Part shown: in pieces, positions 41,416-51,185 of the stretch
Layout of the letters: every line of letters starts with the position of its first letter
Numbering within the stretch: position 1 is the first letter of the stretch
Assembly (NCBI GenBank): GCA_963848135.1
Contig: CAWKCK010000003.1
Span: forward strand, 62,001 to 126,000
DNA length: 64,000 bases
Direction: 5' to 3'
From: an uncultured delta proteobacterium
GTDB taxonomy: Bacteria; Desulfobacterota; Desulfobacteria; Desulfobacterales; SG8-13
The notes under the pieces: generated by a model
Databases searched by the model: none
The model's input: the letters and a program-made list of their open reading frames with translations, nothing else
Told to the model about the DNA's origin: nothing
Program-made: the position numbers and the translations under genes

Positions 41416-42659
41416 ATGGCTATTCTAAAAAATGAACCTGTCTACAACTTCAAAGATGGAGATTACTGCCAAGCCCCACCACATCATCGTGAAGGGGAGT
41501 TGGAAAGAGATCGGATTCGATCTCGCCACAATCGCAAAAAATGAATACGACGTGAAGTTGCTCCCTTACTGTAGTCCTCGTCTATGGTAAAGCGCGCCAG
41601 CGAGTATCTGGGCCCAGAACTGGCCGCACGTGGCCGAAATGCAAAAGGGAGTCCTAAAGGCCTTTGGTCACCCGGAAGATTCCGTCGAGTTTGATGGTAC
41701 CAACCTGCGCTTCGACTGGTACGAAACAACGCGTTCCGGTCTCAGTCCTTAGGAACAGCTAATTTGTTCGGGCTTGGTCCTGCCGAAAGAGGAATCGGAG
41801 GGTGGGCCGGTCTTTATCGTTGCCCGCAACATGGATTTCCCTCGGCGGTCGAATGGATCGGCAACTTAGGGCAAAAAAGCGCCGGAAGGCCGTTATGGAG
41901 CCTGCGAGCGAGCGGTCGTGCTCGAGCTTCAGCCGGACGAGGGATATCGCTCGATCATGTGCTCGGGACCAAACGAATTATTGATGCCTTGGGTGACGGA
42001 ATCAATGAAAAGGGGCTCTGGTTGAGTTGCATGCACGATCCCGCAGGGTCGGCGCCGACGATGGCAGCCCTCCGGTCGGCGGAGATGTGTCGGGCCTTGT
42101 CGTGACGCAACTCCATCAACTGATACTCACCACCTGCGCCACCGTGGAAGAGGCCAAAGAAGCGATCCTCAAGAACAGAATCCTGCAGACCATGATGACC
42201 CTGCATATTCCGATTGTGGATGCCACCGGTGCTGCAACAGTCTTTGAGATCGACAAGGGCGGGGCCTATATCTTTACTGATCGCGTGGCTGGCGAACCAC
42301 TTTTCAGCACCAATCACCCGATTCACATCTATCCAACACCGGAAACCTTCCCTGACGTGGACATGACCGATGAACACAACACCTTTGTTAGGCAGCACAT
42401 GCTTCGGGATGCATATAGCAAGATGACCCCACCGTTCACGCTGGACGATGCGGAGAACCTGATCAACGTAGTCCATTGTTCTTTCGTTGATGGTGCCAAG
42501 GCTTGTCTCAGGCAGGACGAAAGGACCCTGTCAATATCACGGCCGACCTCTCGAAACCGGAGATCCACTTCAAGTTGCTATCTGCGGGATGTGGCGCCCG
42601 TTCCCGGAACCAATCACATGGAAGATAAGATGAGCGACTTTTACACCTTTGGTTTCTGA
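41416..42659 (+). pseudogene. C45-family / linear amide C-N hydrolase (Ntn), heavily frameshifted
   Basis: Start MAILKNEPVYNFKDGDY and end GTNHMEDKMSDFYTFGF parallel the intact copy at 43170; DGINEKGL present; many indels at ~41480-42080. Confidence 0.8.
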
Positions 42660-42682
42660 AGCCTGCTCATGTAGGCAGGCGA

Positions 42683-42713
42683 CCGGAGCAGCGGCTTAGA
42701 ACCGCTGCTCCGG
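42683..42713 (+). terminator. perfect 12-bp hairpin
   Basis: CCGGAGCAGCGG-cttagaa-CCGCTGCTCCGG. Confidence 0.55.
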
Positions 42714-42747
42714 CCAACAATCAGAAGCAAGGAGACACGGATTAACA

Positions 42748-43095
42748 TTGAATGATCTCAAGCCAACACCCATTCCGGTCACCATCGTATACAGTACCGA
42801 CCTGCTCTTTGATTATGAAGGAAGGAAGCAACAGCTCAAAGACCTCACGCTCAGAAAGCCCTGGTTCACCTCTGCGGAGATCATGATTCAAGCCACCGGA
42901 AACACCGGGGATTGTGTAGCGCTGTGCGGCAAGAGAAATATGTACGGAAAAGTCGGTGTGGTCGAGGAAGGCGCCATGGCAGATGTCCTGATCTACAACA
43001 AGAATCCTTTAAAGGATGTAAGTGTTGCCGAGGCTTTCGAAAACAACCTCAAACTCATCGTATAGGGCGGCAAGGTTCATAAGAACAGCCTTTAG
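42748..43095 (+). pseudogene. chimeric remnant: COG0523 N-terminus fused to an amidohydrolase C-terminus
   Basis: MNDLKPTPIPVTI + ..GKVGVVEEGAMADVLIYNKNPL..LKLIV(TAG)GGKVHKNSL*. Confidence 0.75.
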
Positions 43096-43169
43096 GGATG
43101 TAACTCGAATGGGTTACATCCGAGGGAGGGATGAGACCTCGGCAACAACAATGAACGGGGAGGTAAAAA

Positions 43170-44405
43170 ATGAGCATACTGAAGAATGACCCGATCTATG
43201 AATTCAAAGATGGCGATTACAGCAAACCTCGACACATCATCTTGGCAGGAAGCTATGAGGAAATCGGTTTCGATCTCGCGACCATCGCAAAAAACGACTA
43301 TGACTGCGAGTTGGGGATCTATGACGACCCGATTTATGGGAAAGCTCGTAAAACATACATGGAAATGCACTGGCCGGAGATGGCGGAACGGGCAAAAGGT
43401 GTCCGAAGGGCATATGGTCTATCAGAAGACGATGTGGTCTATGACTCGAACACCCTGGCCTACGATTGGTATGATGCGGCAAAGAGCGGAACTTCAGCTG
43501 ACCTGACTACCTGCTCTGCAGCCATGTTGCCCGTCGAAAAAAGTGATGGTGGCGTCTATGTCTCCAGGAACTATGACATGATGGCCATGGTCATGTGGAG
43601 CGAAGTATTTGGAAAGAAAGCCCCGGAAGGTTCCTATCGGTTTGCTGAACGTTATCTTGTGCTGGAGACTCGGCCGGACAAGGGATACAAGAGTATCCAA
43701 ATTGGAGGCAACGAAGCGCTGCACCCTTATGTGGATGGCATCAATGAAAAAGGGCTCTATGTGACCGTGTTTCACGATCCGGATTCAATCGGGAATGAAG
43801 GCACTCCGACCTCAGGGATGAAAATCGCAGGACTCCCGCTGACGCAGGTGCCCACCTTGCTGCTGGACACGTGTGCCTCCGTCGAGGAGGCCAAGCTGAA
43901 TATTCTTGCGAATCACGTCATGCAGACGATGATGCGCGTGCATCTGTTGATTGCGGACGCCAGCGGAAATGCCACCGTCTTTGAATTGAGTAATCAAGGA
44001 GAGTATTGTTTTACCGACCGTAAAGCCAATGAGCCGCTCTTTGTCACCAATCATGAGCTGGTAAAGTATCCTGACCCGGGTTCCTATCCTGAATTTGATA
44101 TTCATGCGGAGCACAATACCTATGCCCGGCAATTGATTCTCAGGGATGCCTATGCCGGACTTAGCGCACCGTTCAAAAAAGAAGACGTCACGGCGATGAC
44201 TGACTCGGTGCACTGTTCTTTTGTGGATACCAAGAAAGCCGAATCCGGCCCGCTGGAACGAACCTTGAGTAATTGTACCTGTGATCTTAGCAAACCTGAA
44301 CTGAGTGTTCGCTGGTATTTAGGTGATGTAAAACTCATCCCCGGAACCAACCATATGGAAGACAGAATGTCTGACTTCTATTCGTTTGGATTTGACGATG
44401 AATAA
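43170..44405 (+). CDS. C45-family (acyl-CoA:6-APA acyltransferase-like) Ntn hydrolase
   Basis: Candidate nucleophile Cys in LTTCSAA, SRNYD, DGINEKGL, LLDTCASVEEA, HLLIADASG, VTNH. Confidence 0.88.
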   Translation: MSILKNDPIYEFKDGDYSKPRHIILAGSYEEIGFDLATIAKNDYDCELGIYDDPIYGKARKTYMEMHWPEMAERAKGVRRAYGLSEDDVVYDSNTLAYDWYDAAKSGTSADLTTCSAAMLPVEKSDGGVYVSRNYDMMAMVMWSEVFGKKAPEGSYRFAERYLVLETRPDKGYKSIQIGGNEALHPYVDGINEKGLYVTVFHDPDSIGNEGTPTSGMKIAGLPLTQVPTLLLDTCASVEEAKLNILANHVMQTMMRVHLLIADASGNATVFELSNQGEYCFTDRKANEPLFVTNHELVKYPDPGSYPEFDIHAEHNTYARQLILRDAYAGLSAPFKKEDVTAMTDSVHCSFVDTKKAESGPLERTLSNCTCDLSKPELSVRWYLGDVKLIPGTNHMEDRMSDFYSFGFDDE

Positions 44406-44444
44406 TGCTTTCTAAGTAGCTGGATAATCATAGTCTGCTCTCGA

Positions 44445-44570
44445 GGCGGCATGGCCGGTGTCCTGATCTATGACAAAAATCCAATTGAAGATGTGGCGAT
44501 TGTGGAAGACCATGAAAACCACCTGAAGCTCATCTTCAAAGACGGGAAGGTCTTCAAGAACACGCTGTAA
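44445..44570 (+). pseudogene. second amidohydrolase C-terminal remnant
   Basis: GGMAGVLIYDKNPIEDVAIVEDHENHLKLIFKDGKVFKNTL*, paralogous to ~42970-43095. Confidence 0.8.
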
Positions 44571-44578
44571 GGGCTCTG

Positions 44579-44850
44579 GGTTCCCGGTTCAGAGGTTGAA
44601 GGATTAAAAAAGATCAACCTGTGCGGTTAGCGATTAGCGTTTAGCCATTAGGATTGAGAATGAATAGAGAACTTAATCAACAGGTGAACGAGGTAAAGAG
44701 GATGTTGAACAGTTTTATCCAAAAGCTAACCGCTAATGGCTAAAAGCTAACCGCACAGGTCGAAAAAGGCGCAAGGTTTCCGGTTCAAGGATAGGAACTA
44801 TTTTTTAATACCTCTAAACCCCAGAACCCTGAACGCTGAACCCTGAACCT
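44579..44850. repeat. nested heptamer inverted-repeat elements (outer GGTTCAG/TGAACCC, inner TTAGCG/GCTAA)
   Basis: Perfect 15-bp IR ACCTGTGCGGTTAGC (44617) / GCTAACCGCACAGGT (44746) inside GGTTCAGAGGTTGAAGG..GAACCCTGAACGCTGAACCCTGAACC. Confidence 0.88.
44660..44743 (+). pseudogene. internally deleted four-helix-bundle gene relic
   Basis: MNRELNQQVNEVKRMLNSFIQKLTANG* resembles the final helix (EV.EVKRML.SFIQKL) of four helix bundle proteins. Confidence 0.7.
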
Positions 44851-44884
44851 AAAAACAAATGCCAAGGGAGATAGAGAGAAAATA

Positions 44885-46126
44885 ATGCATTCGGACAACC
44901 AGACAAACGACAAGGCCTTCGATGAAGCCTGCCGGTTCATCATCAAGCTTGGCGAAGCGGCTCACGGCTATGGTTCAAACGCGGGACGCCTGGAAGTATA
45001 TCTGTCGCGCCTGACTGCGGCGCTCGGTTTCCAGGGCGTCTTCCGCTCCACACCGACGGAGATTGTCTTTGCCTTCCGGGAAAATGAAAACCAGGCGCAG
45101 CGCATGCACCTGTCGGCCATGCCCGGAACCGGTCTCGATCTGAACCGGCTGGCCCTGGTGGGTGAACTTGTCGATGCCGTCGCCGCCGGTCAGGTTACCA
45201 TCTCGGAGGCTACCACCCAACTGGTCGCGATCGACAAGACACCCCACCCCTGGGGCAACCTGGCGAACGCCGCCAGTTACGCGTTTGTGGGGTTCGGGTT
45301 TGCGGTTCTCCTGTCCGGCGGGTGGTGGGATGTGTTGTTCGCGATGCTCTACAGCCTGGTCGTCTTCGGCATGGTGGTGATGTCGGCCCGATTCGGAGCG
45401 ACGGCGGCCGCCTGGCTGCCGCTGTCCACCGCGTTCGTGGCCGGGGTTCTGACGGCGATCACCCGGATTTTCCTGCCGGAACTGAATATCGTTCTGGTCA
45501 CGCTGTGTGCCATCCTGATCCTGATCCCGGGTTATCCCGTCAGCGTCGGCATCGTCGAACTTGTCACCGGCCACGTCGTCTCGGGAACCGCGAACCTCAT
45601 GAGCGGGCTGGTCTACCTGGTCAAGCAGTTTGCCGGCGCGTGGCTCGGCGTCAAGCTGGTGGCCCTCGCCGGGTCGATTCCGCCTGCAGCCGCCGCAACA
45701 GCGGTGAGCCCCGCATGGCTCTGGCTGGCCATACCGCTGCTGATCGTGGCACTGTGTATCGCTTTTCAAACCGGTAAGCGTGATTTCCTGGCGGCGGCCG
45801 TCGGCTGTGCCGGCGCCTACGGCGGCATCCTGCTCGGCAGTGCCCTGGCGGGCGGCAATCTGGGGAACCTTTTCGGCACCATCGTCGCGGTGGTCTTTGC
45901 CAACCTCTGGGCCAGAAGGACGCGGCGGCCAACGTCCATCGCGCTGCTGCCGGCCATCGTTCTGCTGGTCAGCGGCAGTATCGGGTTCCGTGGCCTGGCC
46001 GCCATCGCCGTGGGGCAGGTCGCCACCGGTGAGCAGCAGTTCATCCAGATGTTCGTGGTCGCGCTCACCATTGCGGCGGGCTTGCTCGTGGGCAATACGA
46101 TCGTGCGGCCGAAGACGACGCTGTAG
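44885..46126 (+). CDS. threonine/serine exporter (ThrE) family protein
   Basis: FIIKLGEAAHGYG..RLE, DLNRL, LIPG, PAIVLLVSGSIGFRGL; about 10 TM segments. Confidence 0.9.
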   Translation: MHSDNQTNDKAFDEACRFIIKLGEAAHGYGSNAGRLEVYLSRLTAALGFQGVFRSTPTEIVFAFRENENQAQRMHLSAMPGTGLDLNRLALVGELVDAVAAGQVTISEATTQLVAIDKTPHPWGNLANAASYAFVGFGFAVLLSGGWWDVLFAMLYSLVVFGMVVMSARFGATAAAWLPLSTAFVAGVLTAITRIFLPELNIVLVTLCAILILIPGYPVSVGIVELVTGHVVSGTANLMSGLVYLVKQFAGAWLGVKLVALAGSIPPAAAATAVSPAWLWLAIPLLIVALCIAFQTGKRDFLAAAVGCAGAYGGILLGSALAGGNLGNLFGTIVAVVFANLWARRTRRPTSIALLPAIVLLVSGSIGFRGLAAIAVGQVATGEQQFIQMFVVALTIAAGLLVGNTIVRPKTTL

Positions 46127-46229
46127 TGCTACGGCCATGAAGACGGTAGAAGAGATGCAAGAGATTAAATGTCTAAACAGGAGGACCCAAGCCCAAGGAT
46201 AGACAATAGCGATAGAGAAAGGATTTTCA

Positions 46230-47195
46230 ATGAATATTAAATATTATCGTATTGCCGCTGATTCTGTTGAGGCTTTGGATGTATCCGAAGAAGTTATGGA
46301 ACAGTGGCGGCTTGGCAAGGAAAGTTACTGGGTCGACATTCATTCATACGAGACCGATGAACTCGAGTCATGGTTAAAAAACCTCAGTTTGTCCGACCTG
46401 GCCATGAAATGCTGCCGTGAGGCCGGAGAGGCCACACGGTTTATTCCCCTGAATAATGAGGTGTTCTTTGATTTTCCGGTCTACTCCGAAAGCAACGAGT
46501 CGCCAATCCTTCATCTTTCTTTTCTCTGCATGCCAAACCTTGTCGTTACCCTGCATTCTGTTCCCCTGGGGAGCCTCGATGGGGTTATCAAAGGGCTGAC
46601 TTCCGGCCTGACACTCACACACTCAACCACTTCCGCTTTGGTTTGTCTGCTGTTGCTGGTGGAATCGGCCAAAAGTCTCAAGATATCCGAAGCTCTGAAG
46701 AAGGCCGTTTTTGATCTTGACGAACGCATGGACGACGATCCGGACAGTGTCGAGGCGGATGAGATTCTCGACCAGAAACGGTCGCTGCGTATCCTCGATA
46801 TGGTTGTCGGCGCCCAAGTCAGTTGCTTTGAATTTATCGGAGGTATGAGTCGACCGTTTTTGGACCTGAAGGCACTGGCGACGCAATTCCAATTCGCTTC
46901 GAGCAATGTCCGTGTTGGAAATCAGAATGTGGACCGGCTCGAAAAAACAATTGCAGACATTCGGCAGCGCTTCGATATGAACCAGCAAGAAAAAACCAAC
47001 CACCGCCTGGCGATTCTAACCATTCTGTCGGCCATCTTCATGCCCCTGACCTTTATCGCTGGAATATACGGTATGAATTTCGACAAGATGCCGGAGCTGC
47101 ATTTTCCCTACAGCTATCCGGTAGCGCTGGGTGTTATGGCCCTGATCGCCGGCGGCATGTATCTCTATTTTAAAACCCGGGGATGGCTTGAGTGA
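46230..47195 (+). CDS. corA: CorA-family divalent cation transporter
   Basis: LTILSAIFMPLTFIAGIYGMNF..MPEL (GMN motif). Confidence 0.9.
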   Translation: MNIKYYRIAADSVEALDVSEEVMEQWRLGKESYWVDIHSYETDELESWLKNLSLSDLAMKCCREAGEATRFIPLNNEVFFDFPVYSESNESPILHLSFLCMPNLVVTLHSVPLGSLDGVIKGLTSGLTLTHSTTSALVCLLLLVESAKSLKISEALKKAVFDLDERMDDDPDSVEADEILDQKRSLRILDMVVGAQVSCFEFIGGMSRPFLDLKALATQFQFASSNVRVGNQNVDRLEKTIADIRQRFDMNQQEKTNHRLAILTILSAIFMPLTFIAGIYGMNFDKMPELHFPYSYPVALGVMALIAGGMYLYFKTRGWLE

Positions 47196-47263
47196 GCCTT
47201 CACTCAGCACGACGACAGCGAACATAGTTCTTATATTTTTTGAGCCCAACGGAGGAAGCGACC

Positions 47264-48730
47264 GTGAAAAGTTTATTATCCTCTCTATATGTGTTTTTTG
47301 TGGCCCTTTTCTTCCTCTCGACACCGGCGTTGGCTGAGGATACTAAGGCACCCTCTCGCCCGGCCCAGCAAGGGTATGCCGCCAAGGTAATAGAATTACA
47401 GAAGATTATCGAGACGCAGCAGCATCAGTTGGATGCGCAACAAGAGCAGCTCGAGGCACAACAGAGACAGCTGCAGGAGCTTCGCCAGCAGGTGCAGGCG
47501 CTGGCCGAAGGCCCGGCGCCGACAAAGGCGCCCGTTACTGAAAAAACCGCGGCCGCACCCTCCGGGAGCGAATTCTCAAGGCGCACGGATATCCAGACCG
47601 TCAGAAGGGACAAAGACCACCCGCACGAGGAATGGGACGGCTCCTTCGGCGTGGAGGCACTCGATACCCGCTTCAAGATCGGCGGTTTCGCAGAGCTGGA
47701 TGTGATCCACGACAGCGATGCCATCGGCACGCCGGGCGAGTTTGTGACCGCGGCCATCGTAACCGGGGATGCTACCAAAGCAGAGGGCGCCGACGGTCAA
47801 ACCAGCTTCAGCGTCAATCCCACCCGGCTCTATGTCGAGACGCGAACCCCTTTAAAACAGCACCGGCTGACCACCTTTCTTTCCATGGACCTTTTTGGCG
47901 ATTCAACCAGCACAACGCCCGACCTGCGTTTGCGTCAGGCATACGGGGAGGTCACCGACATCCTCTTCGGCGGCGACCTTCTGGCCGGGCAAGCCTGGTC
48001 GACGTTTTCCGATCTCGAGGCGTTTCCCAATACCCTGGACTTCGAGGGACCCAACAGCTTTTTCGGCACGCGCCAGCCGCTGGTGCGTTGGACCCGGGGG
48101 ATTGCCGACGGTCTCAAACTGATGGTTGGCGCGGAAACGCCCGACAATCACATCATCCAGGGTGCCGATTCCCTTACGGCCTGGCCCGATGGCGTGCTTT
48201 CCCTGGTTTGGGACCAGGCCCCCGTCCATCTGATGGGTTCCTTTGTCGCGCGTGACCTGCGCGCCAGTTTCGACAACGGACCGACGGAAACAGCCTTCGG
48301 CTGGGGGGGCAGTGTCTCCGGCAAGGTGGGGATGCCGTTTATCGCTGAAAAGGATTATATGACTTTTTCGGTCACCTACGGTGAAGGCATTGGCAGTGGT
48401 TTCAATGATGCGCCGCCTGATGCCGTTTTTGACAGCACCGGCACGAGCCTCGAAGCTATCCCGGTTTTCGGTTGGTTCGCAAGTTATGAGCACTGGTGGA
48501 GCCGGCAGTTTTACTCGGTCTTTGTCTACGGTGCCCTCAAGGCGGACAACCGGTCTGCACAACCACCCGATTCGTTTAAAAAGACACAGTACACCAGCGG
48601 AAACCTGGTCTGGGTGCCAACTGAAAGATGGCTGCTTGGTATCGAGGGACTTTGGGGCAAGCGGGAAGACAAGGACGGTGCGGACGGAACTGACTTTCGA
48701 ACCCAGTTTACGACGCGGTTCACTTTCTAA
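47264..48730 (+). CDS. DcaP-family trimeric outer membrane porin with N-terminal coiled coil
   Basis: Signal peptide, Gln-rich coil, KIGGFAELD, LRLRQAYG, LAGQAWSTFSD, C-terminal RFTF; GTG start after GGAGG. Confidence 0.85.
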   Translation: MKSLLSSLYVFFVALFFLSTPALAEDTKAPSRPAQQGYAAKVIELQKIIETQQHQLDAQQEQLEAQQRQLQELRQQVQALAEGPAPTKAPVTEKTAAAPSGSEFSRRTDIQTVRRDKDHPHEEWDGSFGVEALDTRFKIGGFAELDVIHDSDAIGTPGEFVTAAIVTGDATKAEGADGQTSFSVNPTRLYVETRTPLKQHRLTTFLSMDLFGDSTSTTPDLRLRQAYGEVTDILFGGDLLAGQAWSTFSDLEAFPNTLDFEGPNSFFGTRQPLVRWTRGIADGLKLMVGAETPDNHIIQGADSLTAWPDGVLSLVWDQAPVHLMGSFVARDLRASFDNGPTETAFGWGGSVSGKVGMPFIAEKDYMTFSVTYGEGIGSGFNDAPPDAVFDSTGTSLEAIPVFGWFASYEHWWSRQFYSVFVYGALKADNRSAQPPDSFKKTQYTSGNLVWVPTERWLLGIEGLWGKREDKDGADGTDFRTQFTTRFTF

Positions 48731-48781
48731 CCCGAGAATTCATGAACCAAGTCAACAATCGATAAAGGAAAGGAGAACACC

Positions 48782-50138
48782 ATGTTGAAACATATCGCTA
48801 AGGTATCACATGTGACGTGTATCGGCTTGGTCCTGGCGATAACGGCCTGCGCCAATTTTTCTGCAATCGACAAACCCATATCCAAAGTGACCCCGGATTT
48901 TCAAGACAGATCGCGAGCGAACGCTCGCCCGAGCTGCTGGTGCTGGTGGGCTTCTCGGGCGGGGGCACCCGCGCGGCCGCTTTAGCCTACGGCGTGCTCA
49001 AGACGCTTGCCGATACGGAAGTGACGACCGAAAAGGGCCGGACGAGCCTTGCTGCATGAGGTGGACGTGATTTCCTCGGTTTCCGGCGGCAGCTTCACAT
49101 CGGCCTATTACGGGCTGCGGGGCGACAAGATATTCGAAGAGTTCGAAGAGCGTTTTCTGCGCAAAAATGTCGAGGGCGCCCTGATCTGGCAGGTCATTCG
49201 GCCCGGTTAATTGGATACCGCAGATGAGCGGTAAATACGGCCGGGGCGATGTGGCGGCCGAGTATTACGGCAAACATATCTTTGACGATGCGAAGTTTGC
49301 GGATCTCAACCGGCCGGGAGCCCCGGCCGTGGTCATCAACGCCACGGATCTGGCCACCGGGATGCGTTTCTCTTTCACCCCGGGGTTCTTTGATATCCTT
49401 TGCGCCGATCTCGACCAATACCCATTGGCGCGAGCCGTCACCGCCTCCTCGGCCGTCCCGGTTCTCTTCACCCCCATCACCGTCAAGAGCTATGCCGGGA
49501 CCTGTGGATTCGAGTTGCCGGCCTGGGTGGATGAAGCGGCAAAGGATGAAAGAGGCTCCACACGCAAAGCCGAGGCGCGCAGTCTGAAGGAATTTATGGA
49601 TCGTGACAAACGGCCGTGGCTCCATCTGGTGGACGGCGGCATTGCCGACAACCTCGGTCTGCGGGCGTTTTATACCACTTTCAGTCTCGAGGGAGACCCA
49701 AGGCAGGCGTTTCGCGACCTCGGTCACCCAGACGTGCGTCACGTTCTTATCATCTCGGTCAATTCGTTTGCGCACAAGAAGGAGAAATGGATATTGAAGC
49801 GGGTAGCCCCGGGTCTCGCGGAGACGATCGGCGCAATCAGCTCGGATCAAATCGGTCGCTACAATTACGATACCATCGATATCGTGCGCTACTCTTTCGA
49901 GTACTGGACAAAACAGGCTTCGACCCCGCAGCGCCCGGTGACCTTCGATTTTGTCGAGGTGAGCTTCAACCAGGTCCACGACGAAAACCAACGTCAGGCG
50001 CTCAACAACATCGGCACGAACTTCGACCTCGATGACGAAGAGGTGGATTTGCTCATCAAGGCTGCCGATGAAGTGCTGCGTGCGTCACCCGATTTCCGGA
50101 CTTTTTTAGAGCGCACTAACGGACGGGTCAATCAATAG
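48782..50138 (+). CDS. patatin-like phospholipase lipoprotein (frameshifted at ~48915, ~49050, ~49205)
   Basis: Lipobox-like ITAC; FSGGGTRAAA; ISSVSGGS; INATDL; ASSAVP; LVDGGIADNLG, spread across frames. Confidence 0.85.
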
Positions 50139-50175
50139 TAATACTGGATAGCTTTAACAAAGAGGAGAAATTGAA

Positions 50176-50946
50176 ATGGTGAGAAGAAAATACCTGTTAC
50201 TAACGTTGATTTTATTTGTTGCCATTGGCTTGAATGGAACCGCGTCAGCCGAAGAAACAGCTCAAACTGACAAATGGGAATTCGAGGCCGCGATTTACCT
50301 GTGGGGCGCTTCGATCGGCGGCAAAACCGGCTCCGGAAGTGACATCGATATCAGTTTCGACGATCTTCTCAGCAACCTCGAAATGACATTCATGGGGGCG
50401 GTTGGGGCGCGCAAGGGCAAGTGGTCGCTGATGCTGGATGCGATCTACCTGGACGTAAAAGGCGAAGATAACTTCACAATACCTGTCGATGGGTCTCTCA
50501 TCAATGCCAACGGCTCAGTGGAGTTGACAAGTTGGGTACTTACGCCGTCTGTCGGCTACAATCTCTTGCAGAAAGAAAGGATCCGGCTGGATGTTTTGGC
50601 CGGTGCCCGCTATCTTTACTTGAAGACCGATGCGAAGCTCGATTTTGCCACCGGCATCATCCCCATTAACAAACGCGACACCGTATCAGATTCCATTTGG
50701 GACGGTATTATCGGCGTCAGAGGGCACGTGAACCTCAACAAGAACTGGTATCTGCCCTACTACGCGGATATCGGCACCGGAAGTTCGAATTCGACATGGC
50801 AGCTGTTCGGTGGCGTCGGCTACCGGTTCAAATGGCTCGATCTCATCCTGGCCTATCGTTACATGGACTGGAACTTTGATGACAGTGACGCGTTCGAGGA
50901 TATGACTCTGCACGGCCCGTTTGTCGGGGTAAAATTCAAATTCTGA
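50176..50946 (+). CDS. outer membrane beta-barrel protein
   Basis: Signal peptide; WEFEAAIYLW, alternating beta-strand pattern, HGPFVGVKFKF C-terminus. Confidence 0.82.
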   Translation: MVRRKYLLLTLILFVAIGLNGTASAEETAQTDKWEFEAAIYLWGASIGGKTGSGSDIDISFDDLLSNLEMTFMGAVGARKGKWSLMLDAIYLDVKGEDNFTIPVDGSLINANGSVELTSWVLTPSVGYNLLQKERIRLDVLAGARYLYLKTDAKLDFATGIIPINKRDTVSDSIWDGIIGVRGHVNLNKNWYLPYYADIGTGSSNSTWQLFGGVGYRFKWLDLILAYRYMDWNFDDSDAFEDMTLHGPFVGVKFKF

Positions 50947-51185
50947 TCACAGCATGTGAACCAATCCGGCAAAAGTGGCCAACCATAGGGCGTCGCAATT
51001 CTATTGGCGATGACCAAGTCGAACAGCGCGTTTTATCCATGATCGATCAGGTGTTGGGCCGAAGTCCTGAATCGACGCCTGGAACATGTTGGGGCCTTTA
51101 GGGAATCCGCCAAACTTCAGCTTCCGCTCTCATCGATCGGCCCGTCTGTGGTTTATTTGGGCGTCTTGTTATACAGGATTATGAA

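Noticed and set aside
43063..43065. Pyrrolysine readthrough at the in-frame TAG
   Set aside because: It lies in a truncated chimeric remnant at a position that is Lys in the paralogous stub (IFKDGK); a nonsense mutation is simpler.
19546..44850. CRISPR array
   Set aside because: Units are 7-8 nt, degenerate and inverted, with no constant 25-40 bp repeats, unique spacers or cas genes.
27376..46138. Long antisense ORFs (e.g. 27376..28482, 35938..37140, 39335..40339, 44975..46138)
   Set aside because: Shadows of GC3-rich sense genes, with no recognisable motifs.
50950..51180. Possible gene remnant between the beta-barrel and channel genes
   Set aside because: Coding-like composition, but no translation I could assign to a family.
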